Made by a program: the position numbers and the translations under genes | From: an uncultured Bacteroidales bacterium | Lineage (GTDB): Bacteria > Bacteroidota > Bacteroidia > Bacteroidales > UBA7960 | DNA: 16,539 bases | Direction of reading: 5' to 3' | NCBI GenBank assembly: GCA_964387795.1 | Contig: CAYLYP010000071.1 | Location: forward strand, 1 to 16,539 | Shown: positions 6,228 to 14,876 of the stretch, in pieces | How the letters are laid out: every line of letters starts with the position of its first letter | Numbering within the stretch: the stretch's first letter is position 1 | Notes under the pieces: model-generated | Told to the model about the DNA's origin: nothing | Seen by the model: only the letters and a program-made list of their open reading frames with translations | Database searches by the model: none

Positions 6228-6791
6228 ATGAAAACATCCTTCTGCCTCGTTTCATCATCTATTGTGTTTGTTTCTTTTTTCTTATTTTCCTGTAGTTCCC
6301 AACTTGAAAAAACAGATGCACAAAGAGTTGATAGCCTTATTACTGTTTTGGATTCTGCCTATTTTTATTCCTCTCAGATTGATACCATTGAGGTAAATAA
6401 GGTCTTTGATGATTTTAAAATTCATCTTGATGATATGCAAAAGTATATGTTTGATAAACCGGATAAAGAAGAAGATGCTCAGCTTATTACCCGTTATAGC
6501 CAAATAAGAAAACCTTTAAGGGACTACAAGAAAAATGCAAAACAAATACGAAAAAGCATTGATGAACAAAAACAACAATTGCTTGCTCTGAAAAAAGAAA
6601 GACTTAAAGGCATTATCAATGATTCGGATTTTGTGATTTTTTTCCATCAGGAAAAAGATCTTGCTAAGCAAAATTTTTTAGAAGCACACAATTTACACCA
6701 AAGGACCAAAGAGTCATTAAATACCTATTATGAACTCAATGAACGGATGATTGAGTATATGGATAGTGTGATTCAAAATAGTAAACATTAA
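6228..6791 (+). CDS. Hypothetical lipoprotein (signal peptide plus lipobox Cys), K/E/D-rich
   Basis: The N-terminus MKTSFCLVSSSIVFVSFFLFSCSS has a hydrophobic signal followed by LFSC, a lipobox-like Cys. No recognizable catalytic motif. Confidence 0.55.
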   Translation: MKTSFCLVSSSIVFVSFFLFSCSSQLEKTDAQRVDSLITVLDSAYFYSSQIDTIEVNKVFDDFKIHLDDMQKYMFDKPDKEEDAQLITRYSQIRKPLRDYKKNAKQIRKSIDEQKQQLLALKKERLKGIINDSDFVIFFHQEKDLAKQNFLEAHNLHQRTKESLNTYYELNERMIEYMDSVIQNSKH

Positions 6792-6863
6792 TCACCGGGA
6801 AACGTTTGCGTTCATGGCAAAGTGATTTGTTTTTTTTCTTAATTTTTATTATTCTGAACGCCT

Positions 6864-8696
6864 ATGAAACCTGCTATTAAACAAATCCTGCTCTTTGGGG
6901 CCTTTATGCTTGGGCTTTATTGTAATATGCCGGGACAGAACCGCAGCACTGAAGAAATGCTTGCTGCGCAGTATCTTCAGAATGGCGAGTATGATAAAGC
7001 TGTTATTCTTTATGAAGAGCTTTTTGAAAAAAAACAGGATCCTGTTAATTATAATGCGCTCCTTAATTGTTATATTGGCCTTAATGATTATGAAAGGGCA
7101 GAACGCTTTATAAAGAAACTGATTAAACAAAACCCGGGTAACTATAGATATGAGGTTGACCTGGGTTGGGTATATGAACGTTCGGGCGATATAAATAAGG
7201 CCGAGAAACAATTCAAGGGTTTAATAAATAAATTGCCTGCCGAACCCAACAGGGTCATTGATTTATCAAATGCATTTCGCATCAGGGGCAAAATAGATTA
7301 CCAGTTGCAGACATTTCTAAAAGGACGTAGCCTGTTGAAAAACAGTATGCCTTTCAATGTTCAGATTGCCCAGATTTATGAGTTTCAGGGGAATTACCCT
7401 GAGATGATGAATGAGTATATTGATTTTGTTGATCTTTCCGGGAATAACATTGATATGGTGCAGGGCATTTTGCAAAGTGCTTTGCAAAATGACCCCGAAG
7501 GAGGAAAAGCTGAAGCTTTACGCCAGGTATTATTGTTTCGCACCCAAAAGAATGCATCCAATACATTATATGTTGAAATGCTTTTATGGCTTTCATTACA
7601 ACAAAAGGATTTTGAGACTGCACTCATTCAGGCTAAAGCTCTTGACAGGCGCCTTGGCAGGGATGGATATCTTGTTTTTTCTGTTGGTTCCCTTAGCCTT
7701 TCAAACCAGAATTTTGATGTTGCCATTAAGGCATTTAATATTATTGTTGAAAAGGGTATTGATAACCCTTATTACACCGATGGCCGCATTGGCTTACTTA
7801 ATGCCAATTTCCAAAAGTTAAACTCTTTATATGAGCGCGATAAAGCTGCATTTGTAAAACTAGAGGAAGATTACAATGCCACACTTGATGAACTTGGTTA
7901 TCATAGTGGCACGATTGGCCTTGTAAGGAATCTTGCAAGGATTAAAGCAGTTTATCTGGATAAGGTTGATGAATCTATTGAATTACTCAATAAGGCAATA
8001 AAACTACCCGGGGCTACACCGCGGATGCAGGCTGAATGTAAAATTGAACTGGCTGATGTTTACCTGATCCAGGGGGAGGTATGGGAAGCTGCACTTCTTT
8101 ATGGGCAGGTTGATAAAGCTTTCAAGGAAGACCCACTTGGTCATGAAGCAAAATTTAAAAATGCCCGTTTGTCTTTTTATATCGGTGAATTTGAATGGGC
8201 CAAAGCGCAACTGGATGTCCTTAAGGCTGCTACCAGTAAACTTATTGCAAATGATGCCATGGAACTCAGCCTCCTGATACAGGACCATACTTCATATAAT
8301 GGGGAACCCGAAGCTCTTAAAATATTTGCCAGGGCTGATATGCTTCAGGTCATGATGCTCTATGATAAAGCATTGGTAACCCTGGATTCCATCCCTGCCA
8401 AATATCCTTTTATTGACCTTAATGCCAATGTACTGTTCCGTAAGGCTGAGATTGCATTAAAAACTGGGGACTATAAAAAAGCTGACGAATGTCTTGAAGC
8501 TTTATTACAAAAACATCCTTCAAGTGTCCTGGCTGACCTGTCCTTATTTAAACGTGCCGAAATTAATGAAACACTTCTGGACAATAAGCCCTTGGCAATG
8601 GAACTCTATCAAAAACTTATGACTGATTTCCCGGGAAGTCTATATGTGACCCAGGCAAGGATCCGCTTCAGGAGCCTTAGGGGTGATGTATTATAA
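6864..8696 (+). CDS. Secreted tetratricopeptide-repeat (TPR) protein, function unknown
   Basis: An N-terminal signal peptide (MKPAIKQILLFGAFMLGLYC). The protein carries several repeated ~34-residue helical stretches with the W/LG/Y-x-Y...A...F...A...P pattern typical of TPR units (e.g. AAQYLQNGEYDKAVILYEELFEKKQDPVNYNALLNCYIGLNDYERAERFIKKLIKQNPGN). Confidence 0.65.
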   Translation: MKPAIKQILLFGAFMLGLYCNMPGQNRSTEEMLAAQYLQNGEYDKAVILYEELFEKKQDPVNYNALLNCYIGLNDYERAERFIKKLIKQNPGNYRYEVDLGWVYERSGDINKAEKQFKGLINKLPAEPNRVIDLSNAFRIRGKIDYQLQTFLKGRSLLKNSMPFNVQIAQIYEFQGNYPEMMNEYIDFVDLSGNNIDMVQGILQSALQNDPEGGKAEALRQVLLFRTQKNASNTLYVEMLLWLSLQQKDFETALIQAKALDRRLGRDGYLVFSVGSLSLSNQNFDVAIKAFNIIVEKGIDNPYYTDGRIGLLNANFQKLNSLYERDKAAFVKLEEDYNATLDELGYHSGTIGLVRNLARIKAVYLDKVDESIELLNKAIKLPGATPRMQAECKIELADVYLIQGEVWEAALLYGQVDKAFKEDPLGHEAKFKNARLSFYIGEFEWAKAQLDVLKAATSKLIANDAMELSLLIQDHTSYNGEPEALKIFARADMLQVMMLYDKALVTLDSIPAKYPFIDLNANVLFRKAEIALKTGDYKKADECLEALLQKHPSSVLADLSLFKRAEINETLLDNKPLAMELYQKLMTDFPGSLYVTQARIRFRSLRGDVL

Positions 8697-8786
8697 TTCT
8701 TGCCTATTGGAAATGATTTATTATCAAAGAAGTAAATCCATTAATCATTAACCTTATTTTAAATCCTTAAGGATACATCAATCTTT

Positions 8787-8807
8787 TCCATTTTCAGGTG
8801 AAAATGA
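8787..8807. terminator. Weak AT-rich hairpin (TCATTTTC-aggt-GAAAATGA) in the convergent gap between the TPR gene and the thioesterase gene; possible bidirectional terminator
   Basis: An 8-bp perfect inverted repeat with a 4-nt loop, sitting between two convergent stop codons. Low GC, so low confidence. Confidence 0.25.
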
Positions 8808-8866
8808 TATTATGCCAAAACTGATATGGTTTATGATGCGTGCTTAATTGAAATGCCAAAGTGGTG

Positions 8867-9616
8867 TCAGTCTTTTTCCCAATAACTTGCAAGGATACAT
8901 GATTCATTGTCCTGCTTATCAAGGATGCGATGTTTGCATAATAAACCGTTTTCATTCGTTTCCAATTGAACCTGAGATGTGATTTTCATCCCATAATGGT
9001 TTTCTTTTTTAAACATCACCTGGATACGCTTCAATGTATATGCCTCATGAACTTCAACAGGGATTGCTTCCATGGCCCATTCAACATATTTTACATTATT
9101 GACATGTTTGTTGAAATCAATATCGGAATACCTTACCTGAAATTCTTTTTGATATTGACATTCTTTAAATTCCGGTATTGGTTCAAAATCTTCTTTGGTG
9201 TCATTATTAAGGGGCAAGCCATAAGCCAGTGTGATCTCATCATGGATTTTTGTCGGTCTTTTGTTTTCTGTATTGACAAATAACCATGAAGAGTGGGCGG
9301 TGATTAATTCATTGTTCTGCTGATCAAAAACATGAAAATAACGGTATCCAAAGAACCTGAAAAAACCGGAAGGCTGGGTAACTACTTTAATGTTTTGAAG
9401 AAACTGAGGCGGATTATGCAATCGGATATCAAACTGGTAAAGCATCCAGGCAACTTTGTGTTTCGTATAATAATCAAGCCCGACCTGTTTTGATTCGCTT
9501 TGAAGCAATGCCATTTCTTCAAAAAAACAAAGCAGGGAACTGATGTTTAGCTTCTGGTCCTTGCCTGTTTCATAATAATGAATAGAATAGTCTTTCTCGA
9601 ATGAAGTGCCTCTCAT
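8867..9616 (-). CDS. Acyl-ACP thioesterase (hotdog-fold, FatA/B-like bacterial family)
   Basis: 249 aa. The N-terminus ...FEKDYSIHYYETGKDQKLNISSLLCFFEEMALLQSESKQVG... and the second half ...QVRYSDIDFNKHVNNVKYVEWAMEAIP... resemble the double hotdog acyl-ACP thioesterase family. Recognized by eye only. Confidence 0.6.
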   Translation of the reverse strand: MRGTSFEKDYSIHYYETGKDQKLNISSLLCFFEEMALLQSESKQVGLDYYTKHKVAWMLYQFDIRLHNPPQFLQNIKVVTQPSGFFRFFGYRYFHVFDQQNNELITAHSSWLFVNTENKRPTKIHDEITLAYGLPLNNDTKEDFEPIPEFKECQYQKEFQVRYSDIDFNKHVNNVKYVEWAMEAIPVEVHEAYTLKRIQVMFKKENHYGMKITSQVQLETNENGLLCKHRILDKQDNESCILASYWEKD

Positions 9617-9795
9617 AGAACATGATTTAATCGAACAAATATGGATAAAAAAAACGAGGATGACATATAATTTCTGATTTTTTGGCGAATAAACATTAAG
9701 GAATTCATGCTTTTCATTTGTTAAGGATATAATCCAATATGGAAATAATTCAACTTGTATCAGGGTGATTATTTCGCTGGTAATATTTAAAGGCT

Positions 9796-9803
9796 TACAT
9801 TTG
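9796..9803 (+). promoter_or_regulatory. TACATTTG -7-type element about 70 nt upstream of rsmA
   Basis: Exact TAnnTTTG match. No clear -33 TTTG. Confidence 0.25.
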
Positions 9804-9873
9804 TGGATGTAATAAAAAGATTGCTGGAAGGGAATCTGTTAGTTAAACAATAAACAAGAAAAAAGCGTAAAGA

Positions 9874-10656
9874 ATGTCAGATTTTGTAAGGGCCAAAAAA
9901 CACCTGGGGCAGCATTTTCTTAGAGATGAGGGTATTGCCATGAAAACTGCCGAAAGCCTAAGTTGGCATCAGGGCTATAAGCAATTGCTGGAAATAGGGC
10001 CTGGCACAGGTATGCTGACAAAATACCTTATTAAAATCCCTGATGTCAGCTTTTATGTGATTGAGGTAGATACAGAAAGCATCAGCTATTTAAATGAAAA
10101 TTTCCCAGTCCTTCATGGCCGGATAATTGAAGAGGATTTTTTGCGTTTTAACCCAGAGACAATCTTTCAGGGACCTTTTGGTATTGTCGGTAATTTCCCT
10201 TACAATATCTCGACCCAGATTTTGTTCAGGGTAATGGAATACAGGAACCAAATCCCTGAGGTGGTAGGGATGTTTCAAAAAGAAGTAGCAGAGCGCTTAG
10301 CCGAAAAACCTGGTTCGAAGACTTATGGCATCACTAGTGTATTGCTCCAGGCTTTTTATGATATTGAGTATTTGTTTACTGTTGGTGAAGGGGTTTTTGT
10401 CCCTCCCCCAAAAGTTAAGTCTGCCGTGATTCGTTTAAAACGGAACAGCAGAGAACATTTGGATTGTAATGAAAAAATGTTTTTTACTGTAGTGAAAACA
10501 GCATTCAATCAAAGACGTAAGACTTTAAGAAATTCATTGAAACCGTTATTGAAAAGCGGTCATGGCATTTCACCACAACTTCTTGAGCTTCGCCCTGAAA
10601 GGCTTAGTGTTGAGGATTTTATTGGATTAACTTTGTTAATTGAACAACAACAATAA
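9874..10656 (+). CDS. rsmA: 16S rRNA (adenine1518/1519-N6)-dimethyltransferase RsmA/KsgA
   Basis: KKHLGQHFL near the N-terminus, the SAM-binding [11 protein letters not shown], the NFPYNIST catalytic motif, and a 260-aa length. Confidence 0.9.
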   Translation: MSDFVRAKKHLGQHFLRDEGIAMKTAESLSWHQGYKQLLEIGPGTGMLTKYLIKIPDVSFYVIEVDTESISYLNENFPVLHGRIIEEDFLRFNPETIFQGPFGIVGNFPYNISTQILFRVMEYRNQIPEVVGMFQKEVAERLAEKPGSKTYGITSVLLQAFYDIEYLFTVGEGVFVPPPKVKSAVIRLKRNSREHLDCNEKMFFTVVKTAFNQRRKTLRNSLKPLLKSGHGISPQLLELRPERLSVEDFIGLTLLIEQQQ

Positions 10657-10668
10657 TCGACAACAACA

Positions 10669-11190
10669 ATGAGAACCTTAATATTCGTTTTTTTGTTAAT
10701 TTGTACCCTTACGGGGATACATGCCCAGGATGTTAACCGGGTTATCAGGGATGAAACGATAGATAAAGATGTTTTGTATGGCCTGTGTAATGTGGAAGGG
10801 TTAAAAGGTGAAGTGTTTGGTGAAGCTTTTCAGAGCGAATACCAGTCCTACGAGCCCCAATCGGATGTTTTGCTCAGGTTAAGGATTATACCTGATATTG
10901 ATGAACTGGAAGTAATCATTGTTTTTGGGCCATGGTGCGGTGATTCAAAGCGTGAAGTCCCGAGGTTTGTCAAACTGGCAGAACAGATAGGTATTCAGGA
11001 ATCTCAGATAAAAATGTATGCCACAAACAGGGAGAAGAAATGTGGGGAAGCTATCATCGACAGCTTGTTAACCGAATTGGTGCCAACATTTTATGTTTAT
11101 AGGGGAGGGAAGTTCATTGGAAGCATTGTAGAGTTCCCCATCAACAGTCTGGAAGAAGATCTATTGGCTATTTTGTTAAAAGATGAATAG
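10669..11190 (+). CDS. Secreted thioredoxin-fold protein with a CxxS (WCGDS) variant active site
   Basis: Signal peptide MRTLIFVFLLICTLTGIHAQ. ...IVFGPWCGDSKREVPRFVKLA... looks like a thioredoxin-fold active-site region with Ser in place of the second Cys. The start lies 12 nt after the rsmA stop. Confidence 0.5.
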   Translation: MRTLIFVFLLICTLTGIHAQDVNRVIRDETIDKDVLYGLCNVEGLKGEVFGEAFQSEYQSYEPQSDVLLRLRIIPDIDELEVIIVFGPWCGDSKREVPRFVKLAEQIGIQESQIKMYATNREKKCGEAIIDSLLTELVPTFYVYRGGKFIGSIVEFPINSLEEDLLAILLKDE

Positions 11191-11244
11191 CCCTTTTCCA
11201 AGGATATTTTCAAAAATTGACAACAAATTATTTTCAGGTAAAAG

Positions 11245-12381
11245 ATGTCAGATAAGGAAAGCAATCAAAACGAAATACCTTCGGCTCTAAAGGTGAATAA
11301 AGGGATACCCCAGCCCCCTTCAATAAACGAGGCTGCTTTGGAGCATTTGCGTAAGCACAAGAGGAAGACCTTTTCGTTGGATGAATATGTGAGTGCAATA
11401 CTTAGCGGCAACAGGGTAATGCTAAGTAGGGCTATTACCTTGATCGAAAGCCAGTTGAATGAGGATTTTATATTGTCACAACAAATTGTGGAGCAGTGCA
11501 TCCCTCATTCAGGAAAATCATTGCGTGTTGGGATTACCGGTGTCCCTGGTGTTGGGAAAAGCACTTTTATTGAAGCATTTGGGACTTTCCTTACCTCAAT
11601 GGGCCATAAGGTTGCTGTATTGGCTGTTGACCCTAGCAGTGAGATAAGTAAAGGAAGTATCTTGGGTGATAAAACAAGGATGGAGAAGCTGGGCACTGAC
11701 CCAAACGCCTTTGTAAGACCTTCCCCTTCAGCAGGATCTTTAGGCGGAGTTGCCAGAAAAACCAGGGAAATCATTTTGCTTTGCGAAGCATCTGGCTTTG
11801 ATGTGATACTTGTTGAAACAGTTGGTGTTGGACAATCTGAAACGGCTGTCCATTCAATGGTTGACTTTTTTCTGCTGCTCATGCTAAGTGGGGCAGGGGA
11901 TGAGCTTCAGGGAATTAAACGCGGGATTATTGAAATGTGCGATGGTATGGTTATTAACAAAGCTGATGGTGACAATATCAATAAAGCCAAGGCTGCACGT
12001 ATTCAATACCAGAATGCACTTCATCTGTTTCCGCCTTCTTCTTCCGGCTGGGCTCCAAAGGTTGAAACCTGCTCATCAATCAGTCGGGATGGGATAGATA
12101 AAGTTTGGGAAATGATTTCTGAATATAAATCCCAGACCCAATCCAATGGTTTTTTTAATTTCAGACGCAATGAACAAAAGAAATACCATTTGTTTGAAAC
12201 CATCAACCAGGCCCTGACTGATAATTTTTATCAGCACCCCGACGTGTCTGCTTTGATGCCTAAGGTCGAGCTTGACCTTATTGCCAATAGAATTACCTCT
12301 TATAAAGCGGCAGCTAATTTGCTTGAGGCTTTTTATAAGGCTTTAGATAAAATAAATAAAAAGACCAATCCTTATGACTAA
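11245..12381 (+). CDS. meaB: MeaB/ArgK-family G3E GTPase (methylmalonyl-CoA-mutase-associated chaperone-like)
   Basis: P-loop GITGVPGVGKST. ...LAVDPSS...GSILGDKTRM..., ...ETVGVGQSE... and NKADGDN are the ordered motifs of the MeaB/ArgK family; 378 aa. Confidence 0.75.
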   Translation: MSDKESNQNEIPSALKVNKGIPQPPSINEAALEHLRKHKRKTFSLDEYVSAILSGNRVMLSRAITLIESQLNEDFILSQQIVEQCIPHSGKSLRVGITGVPGVGKSTFIEAFGTFLTSMGHKVAVLAVDPSSEISKGSILGDKTRMEKLGTDPNAFVRPSPSAGSLGGVARKTREIILLCEASGFDVILVETVGVGQSETAVHSMVDFFLLLMLSGAGDELQGIKRGIIEMCDGMVINKADGDNINKAKAARIQYQNALHLFPPSSSGWAPKVETCSSISRDGIDKVWEMISEYKSQTQSNGFFNFRRNEQKKYHLFETINQALTDNFYQHPDVSALMPKVELDLIANRITSYKAAANLLEAFYKALDKINKKTNPYD

Positions 12382-13207
12382 TATCAGACTGATTGCAGTG
12401 TCCCTTTTGTTTTTAATGTTATTCCCTTTTTCTGCCAAACCCATTGGAAAGAAAAAGGAAGCCCCCTTATACAGGTTTGAATATGGGATTTCGCTTGGCG
12501 GGTATTTTGCCAACCGAAACACTGCTTCTTACTATGATGGTAGTGGTGATGAAGTTACCGATAATTCTATTTCAAGAGTGCTTTTACTAGACTATAATTA
12601 CCAGAGGTTAAGGAATGTATTGGGAACTGATTTTATATTATATGAACTACCAGGAGCTATGCGATATAATCCAGCTTTTAAGGTAGGCTTTTTTGGAACT
12701 GTAAATATTACAAATAAAACCGGGATTATTGCTGAGTGCAATTACGCAAAACTGAAGGTAGAAGATGGTTTTACAATCAAACTTGATCAGTATAGCGGGA
12801 CTTCTGAACCCGTTTTAAAAGTCGGGTCTATAAGGGGCACTGAGGAAAGAATTGATATCCGTCTGGGCATCACACATGTGTTTAGAAAAAAAGATGCCTA
12901 TATAAACCCTTTTATTGAAATAGGTGGTAATCTTGTAGATACTAAGGTTGTTAACAACAAGATTAATGTTGAAGGCATCGAAATGAGCATCCTTAGTACT
13001 TCAAATCAATATTATCAGGTGGAGGATTATGGTATCGGTTATGGGGGCTACGTCACCGCAGGCCTTGTTTTTGATGTAAGTGAATCATTCGCATTCAGGT
13101 TGGGAGGCAGCGCCAATGTATGCAAGATTAATCTTGGTGAAAATAAAGATATGAAACCCCAATACAGCGTTTTTATTAGGATTATGCTTAATCCTGTTGT
13201 GAGTTAG
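12374..13207 (+). CDS. Hypothetical secreted protein, possibly an outer-membrane beta-barrel
   Basis: Signal peptide MTNIRLIAVSLLFLMLFPFSA. The sequence has alternating hydrophobic/polar beta-like segments and is Gly/Tyr-rich. The start overlaps the meaB stop (ATGACTAA), and the 3' end overlaps the convergent acyltransferase gene by 20 nt. Confidence 0.45.
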   Translation: MTNIRLIAVSLLFLMLFPFSAKPIGKKKEAPLYRFEYGISLGGYFANRNTASYYDGSGDEVTDNSISRVLLLDYNYQRLRNVLGTDFILYELPGAMRYNPAFKVGFFGTVNITNKTGIIAECNYAKLKVEDGFTIKLDQYSGTSEPVLKVGSIRGTEERIDIRLGITHVFRKKDAYINPFIEIGGNLVDTKVVNNKINVEGIEMSILSTSNQYYQVEDYGIGYGGYVTAGLVFDVSESFAFRLGGSANVCKINLGENKDMKPQYSVFIRIMLNPVVS

Positions 13208-13805
13208 GTTTTTGTTTATTAAGCTTGTCCTTTTCCCTTTGTTCCTTATACATTGGGGATAGGTAATAATCTTCTGGGAATTTTGCTGTAAAATTATTTT
13301 GGATATAGAAATCCTGAATTGTTTCAATATCTTTTTCATAATCACCTGTAGGATAAAAAAGCATTCCCAGTCCGGTTTCCTTTTTCTTATAGTCAATATA
13401 GCCTGTATAGATTGGAATATTGGCTTTAACAGCAATAAAATAGAACCCTTTTTTCCAATGCTTTGTAAGTTTGCGGGTGCCTTCAGGGGTAATAACAAGG
13501 TACATCCTTTCTTTTTCAGCAAACATATCGGTGATTTTTTTAATAGCATTCTGACTGTTAAGCCTGTCAACCGGAACGCCTCCCCACCATTTAAGGAAAA
13601 TCCCCAAAGGAAAGTAAAACGATTCTTTTTTTATCATTATATTGGGTTTAATCCCTTTAATAAAAAACGAAAGCCTGCCCCAGATAAAGTCCTTGGTGCT
13701 TGTATGCGGAGCTGAAAGGATGATCGCTTTTTTGATATCTTTTGGAAGTACGGCAGTTGTCTTCCAGCCTGCCAGACGCATTATAATCCACGCAATATAT
13801 TTCAT
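13188..13805 (-). CDS. 1-acyl-sn-glycerol-3-phosphate (lysophospholipid) acyltransferase, PlsC-like
   Basis: ...ILSAPHTSTKDFIW... carries the HX4D acyltransferase motif, and ...VITPEGTRK... carries the PEGTR motif; 205 aa. Confidence 0.65.
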   Translation of the reverse strand: MKYIAWIIMRLAGWKTTAVLPKDIKKAIILSAPHTSTKDFIWGRLSFFIKGIKPNIMIKKESFYFPLGIFLKWWGGVPVDRLNSQNAIKKITDMFAEKERMYLVITPEGTRKLTKHWKKGFYFIAVKANIPIYTGYIDYKKKETGLGMLFYPTGDYEKDIETIQDFYIQNNFTAKFPEDYYLSPMYKEQREKDKLNKQKPNSQQD

Positions 13806-14103
13806 TATGTAATTTGATTTTCTGGTTAAAGATTTGCCATTGCCATCTTTTGCCCAAACTTGTTATGCAAAATTCCGGTTTTGACATTTTAAATAAATTA
13901 CAAAATTAGGCTGTTTTTATTAACATAAATACAGATGGGATGCAATTTTTTTATTTATGACCCATGTATCGCAATGATACCAGCGTTTTATCCCGTGCAT
14001 TGTGAAATATAGAAAATAGAAGATGTTGTAATAACAAATTTGATTGAATTGTCCTTAGGCTTTTTGAATAATGTCGGTTAGGGGGGCTTATTTTTACCGG
14101 AAC

Positions 14104-14121
14104 AAATGCATTTTTGCATTT
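14104..14121. promoter_or_regulatory. Perfect palindrome AAATGCA-tttt-TGCATTT in the 470-nt intergenic region upstream of the NfeD/flotillin operon
   Basis: A 7-bp perfect inverted repeat with a 4-nt spacer, about 155 nt upstream of the NfeD-like gene start. Candidate operator for a dimeric regulator. Confidence 0.3.
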
Positions 14122-14276
14122 ATAAGACCATAGAAGGAACACAAATACATGCCTGAAGTCTAAAATCCGTCATTTAATAATTAATTATCGTCTTTCATTG
14201 AAGTTTTAAATTGTCGTGAATTATATTTTGCATAAATTCGCTTTAAACAAATGAACAAAAACTAAAATAAAAAACA

Positions 14277-14846
14277 ATGGAAACATGGTGGAGTTCGCTT
14301 GAACTTTTTCAAAAAGTAGTATGGCTTATCGCAATACCATCCAGCTTGATATTTATTATCCAGATGATTGCAACATTTGTTGGAATGGATTCAGATGGCG
14401 GTATGGTTGATAGTGCTGATATGGATGGAAGTATTGGGGATTTCCCATTTCAATTATTCACCTTCAGAAATTTTGTAAACTTCTTCCTGGGCTTTGGTTG
14501 GACTGGAATACTGTTTTATAACACTATTGAATCAAGGTTCTGGCTGGTGTTTTTAGCCACAGTAATTGGCCTGGGATTGGTGATAGGGGTAATGGCAATC
14601 TTCTATTTCTTAAGTAGGATGGTACAATCCGGAAACATTGATGTGAAAAGTGCCGTTGGGCTTCATGCCAATGTCTATTTAACAATCCCTTCAGAACGAA
14701 AGGGACAGGGAAAAATTCAAATCAGCATTCAAAATGCTGTCAGGGAATATGATGCAATCACTGATGGGGAAGAAATACGAACTGGTGGCTCTGTTATCGT
14801 GAAAGACATCATCAATTCCAATCTTGTTTTGGTAGAAAAACTCTAA
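14277..14846 (+). CDS. NfeD-like membrane protein (short YuaF-type partner of flotillin)
   Basis: 189 aa. N-terminal TM segments (VVWLIAIPSSLIFIIQMIATFVG; FLATVIGLGLVIGVMAIFYFL) are followed by a C-terminal beta-rich soluble domain (GQGKIQISIQNAVREYDAITDGEEIRTGGSVIVKDI) resembling the NfeD OB-fold. It lies directly upstream of an SPFH/flotillin gene, which is the conserved nfeD-floT arrangement. Confidence 0.6.
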   Translation: METWWSSLELFQKVVWLIAIPSSLIFIIQMIATFVGMDSDGGMVDSADMDGSIGDFPFQLFTFRNFVNFFLGFGWTGILFYNTIESRFWLVFLATVIGLGLVIGVMAIFYFLSRMVQSGNIDVKSAVGLHANVYLTIPSERKGQGKIQISIQNAVREYDAITDGEEIRTGGSVIVKDIINSNLVLVEKL

Positions 14847-14876
14847 AACCTAATTATAAATTCAAATTCATACAAT

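Noticed and set aside
6282-8288. Minus-strand and alternative-frame ORFs (6282..6503, 6849..7211, 6895..7113, 7354..7627, 7411..7821, 8004..8288)
   Set aside because: They lie within or antisense to the lipoprotein and TPR genes. AT-rich sequence gives long spurious ORFs, and none has a motif or a sensible start context.
8966-9283. 105-aa plus-strand ORF
   Set aside because: It is antisense to the acyl-ACP thioesterase gene. Its amino-acid composition (F/I/K-rich) is typical of AT-rich antisense frames.
11265-12206. Small ORFs overlapping meaB on both strands
   Set aside because: They are nested in a CDS with a complete ordered set of G3E GTPase motifs.
13085-13887. ORFs 13085..13570 (-), 13299..13715 (+) and 13657..13887 (-)
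   Set aside because: They overlap the PlsC-like gene (HX4D and PEGTR motifs present in the chosen frame) or the end of the upstream gene. They are spurious.
13951-14142. 63-aa minus-strand ORF in the 470-nt intergenic region
   Set aside because: It has no motif, no plausible promoter or start context, and it overlaps the palindrome. The region is better explained as regulatory non-coding DNA.
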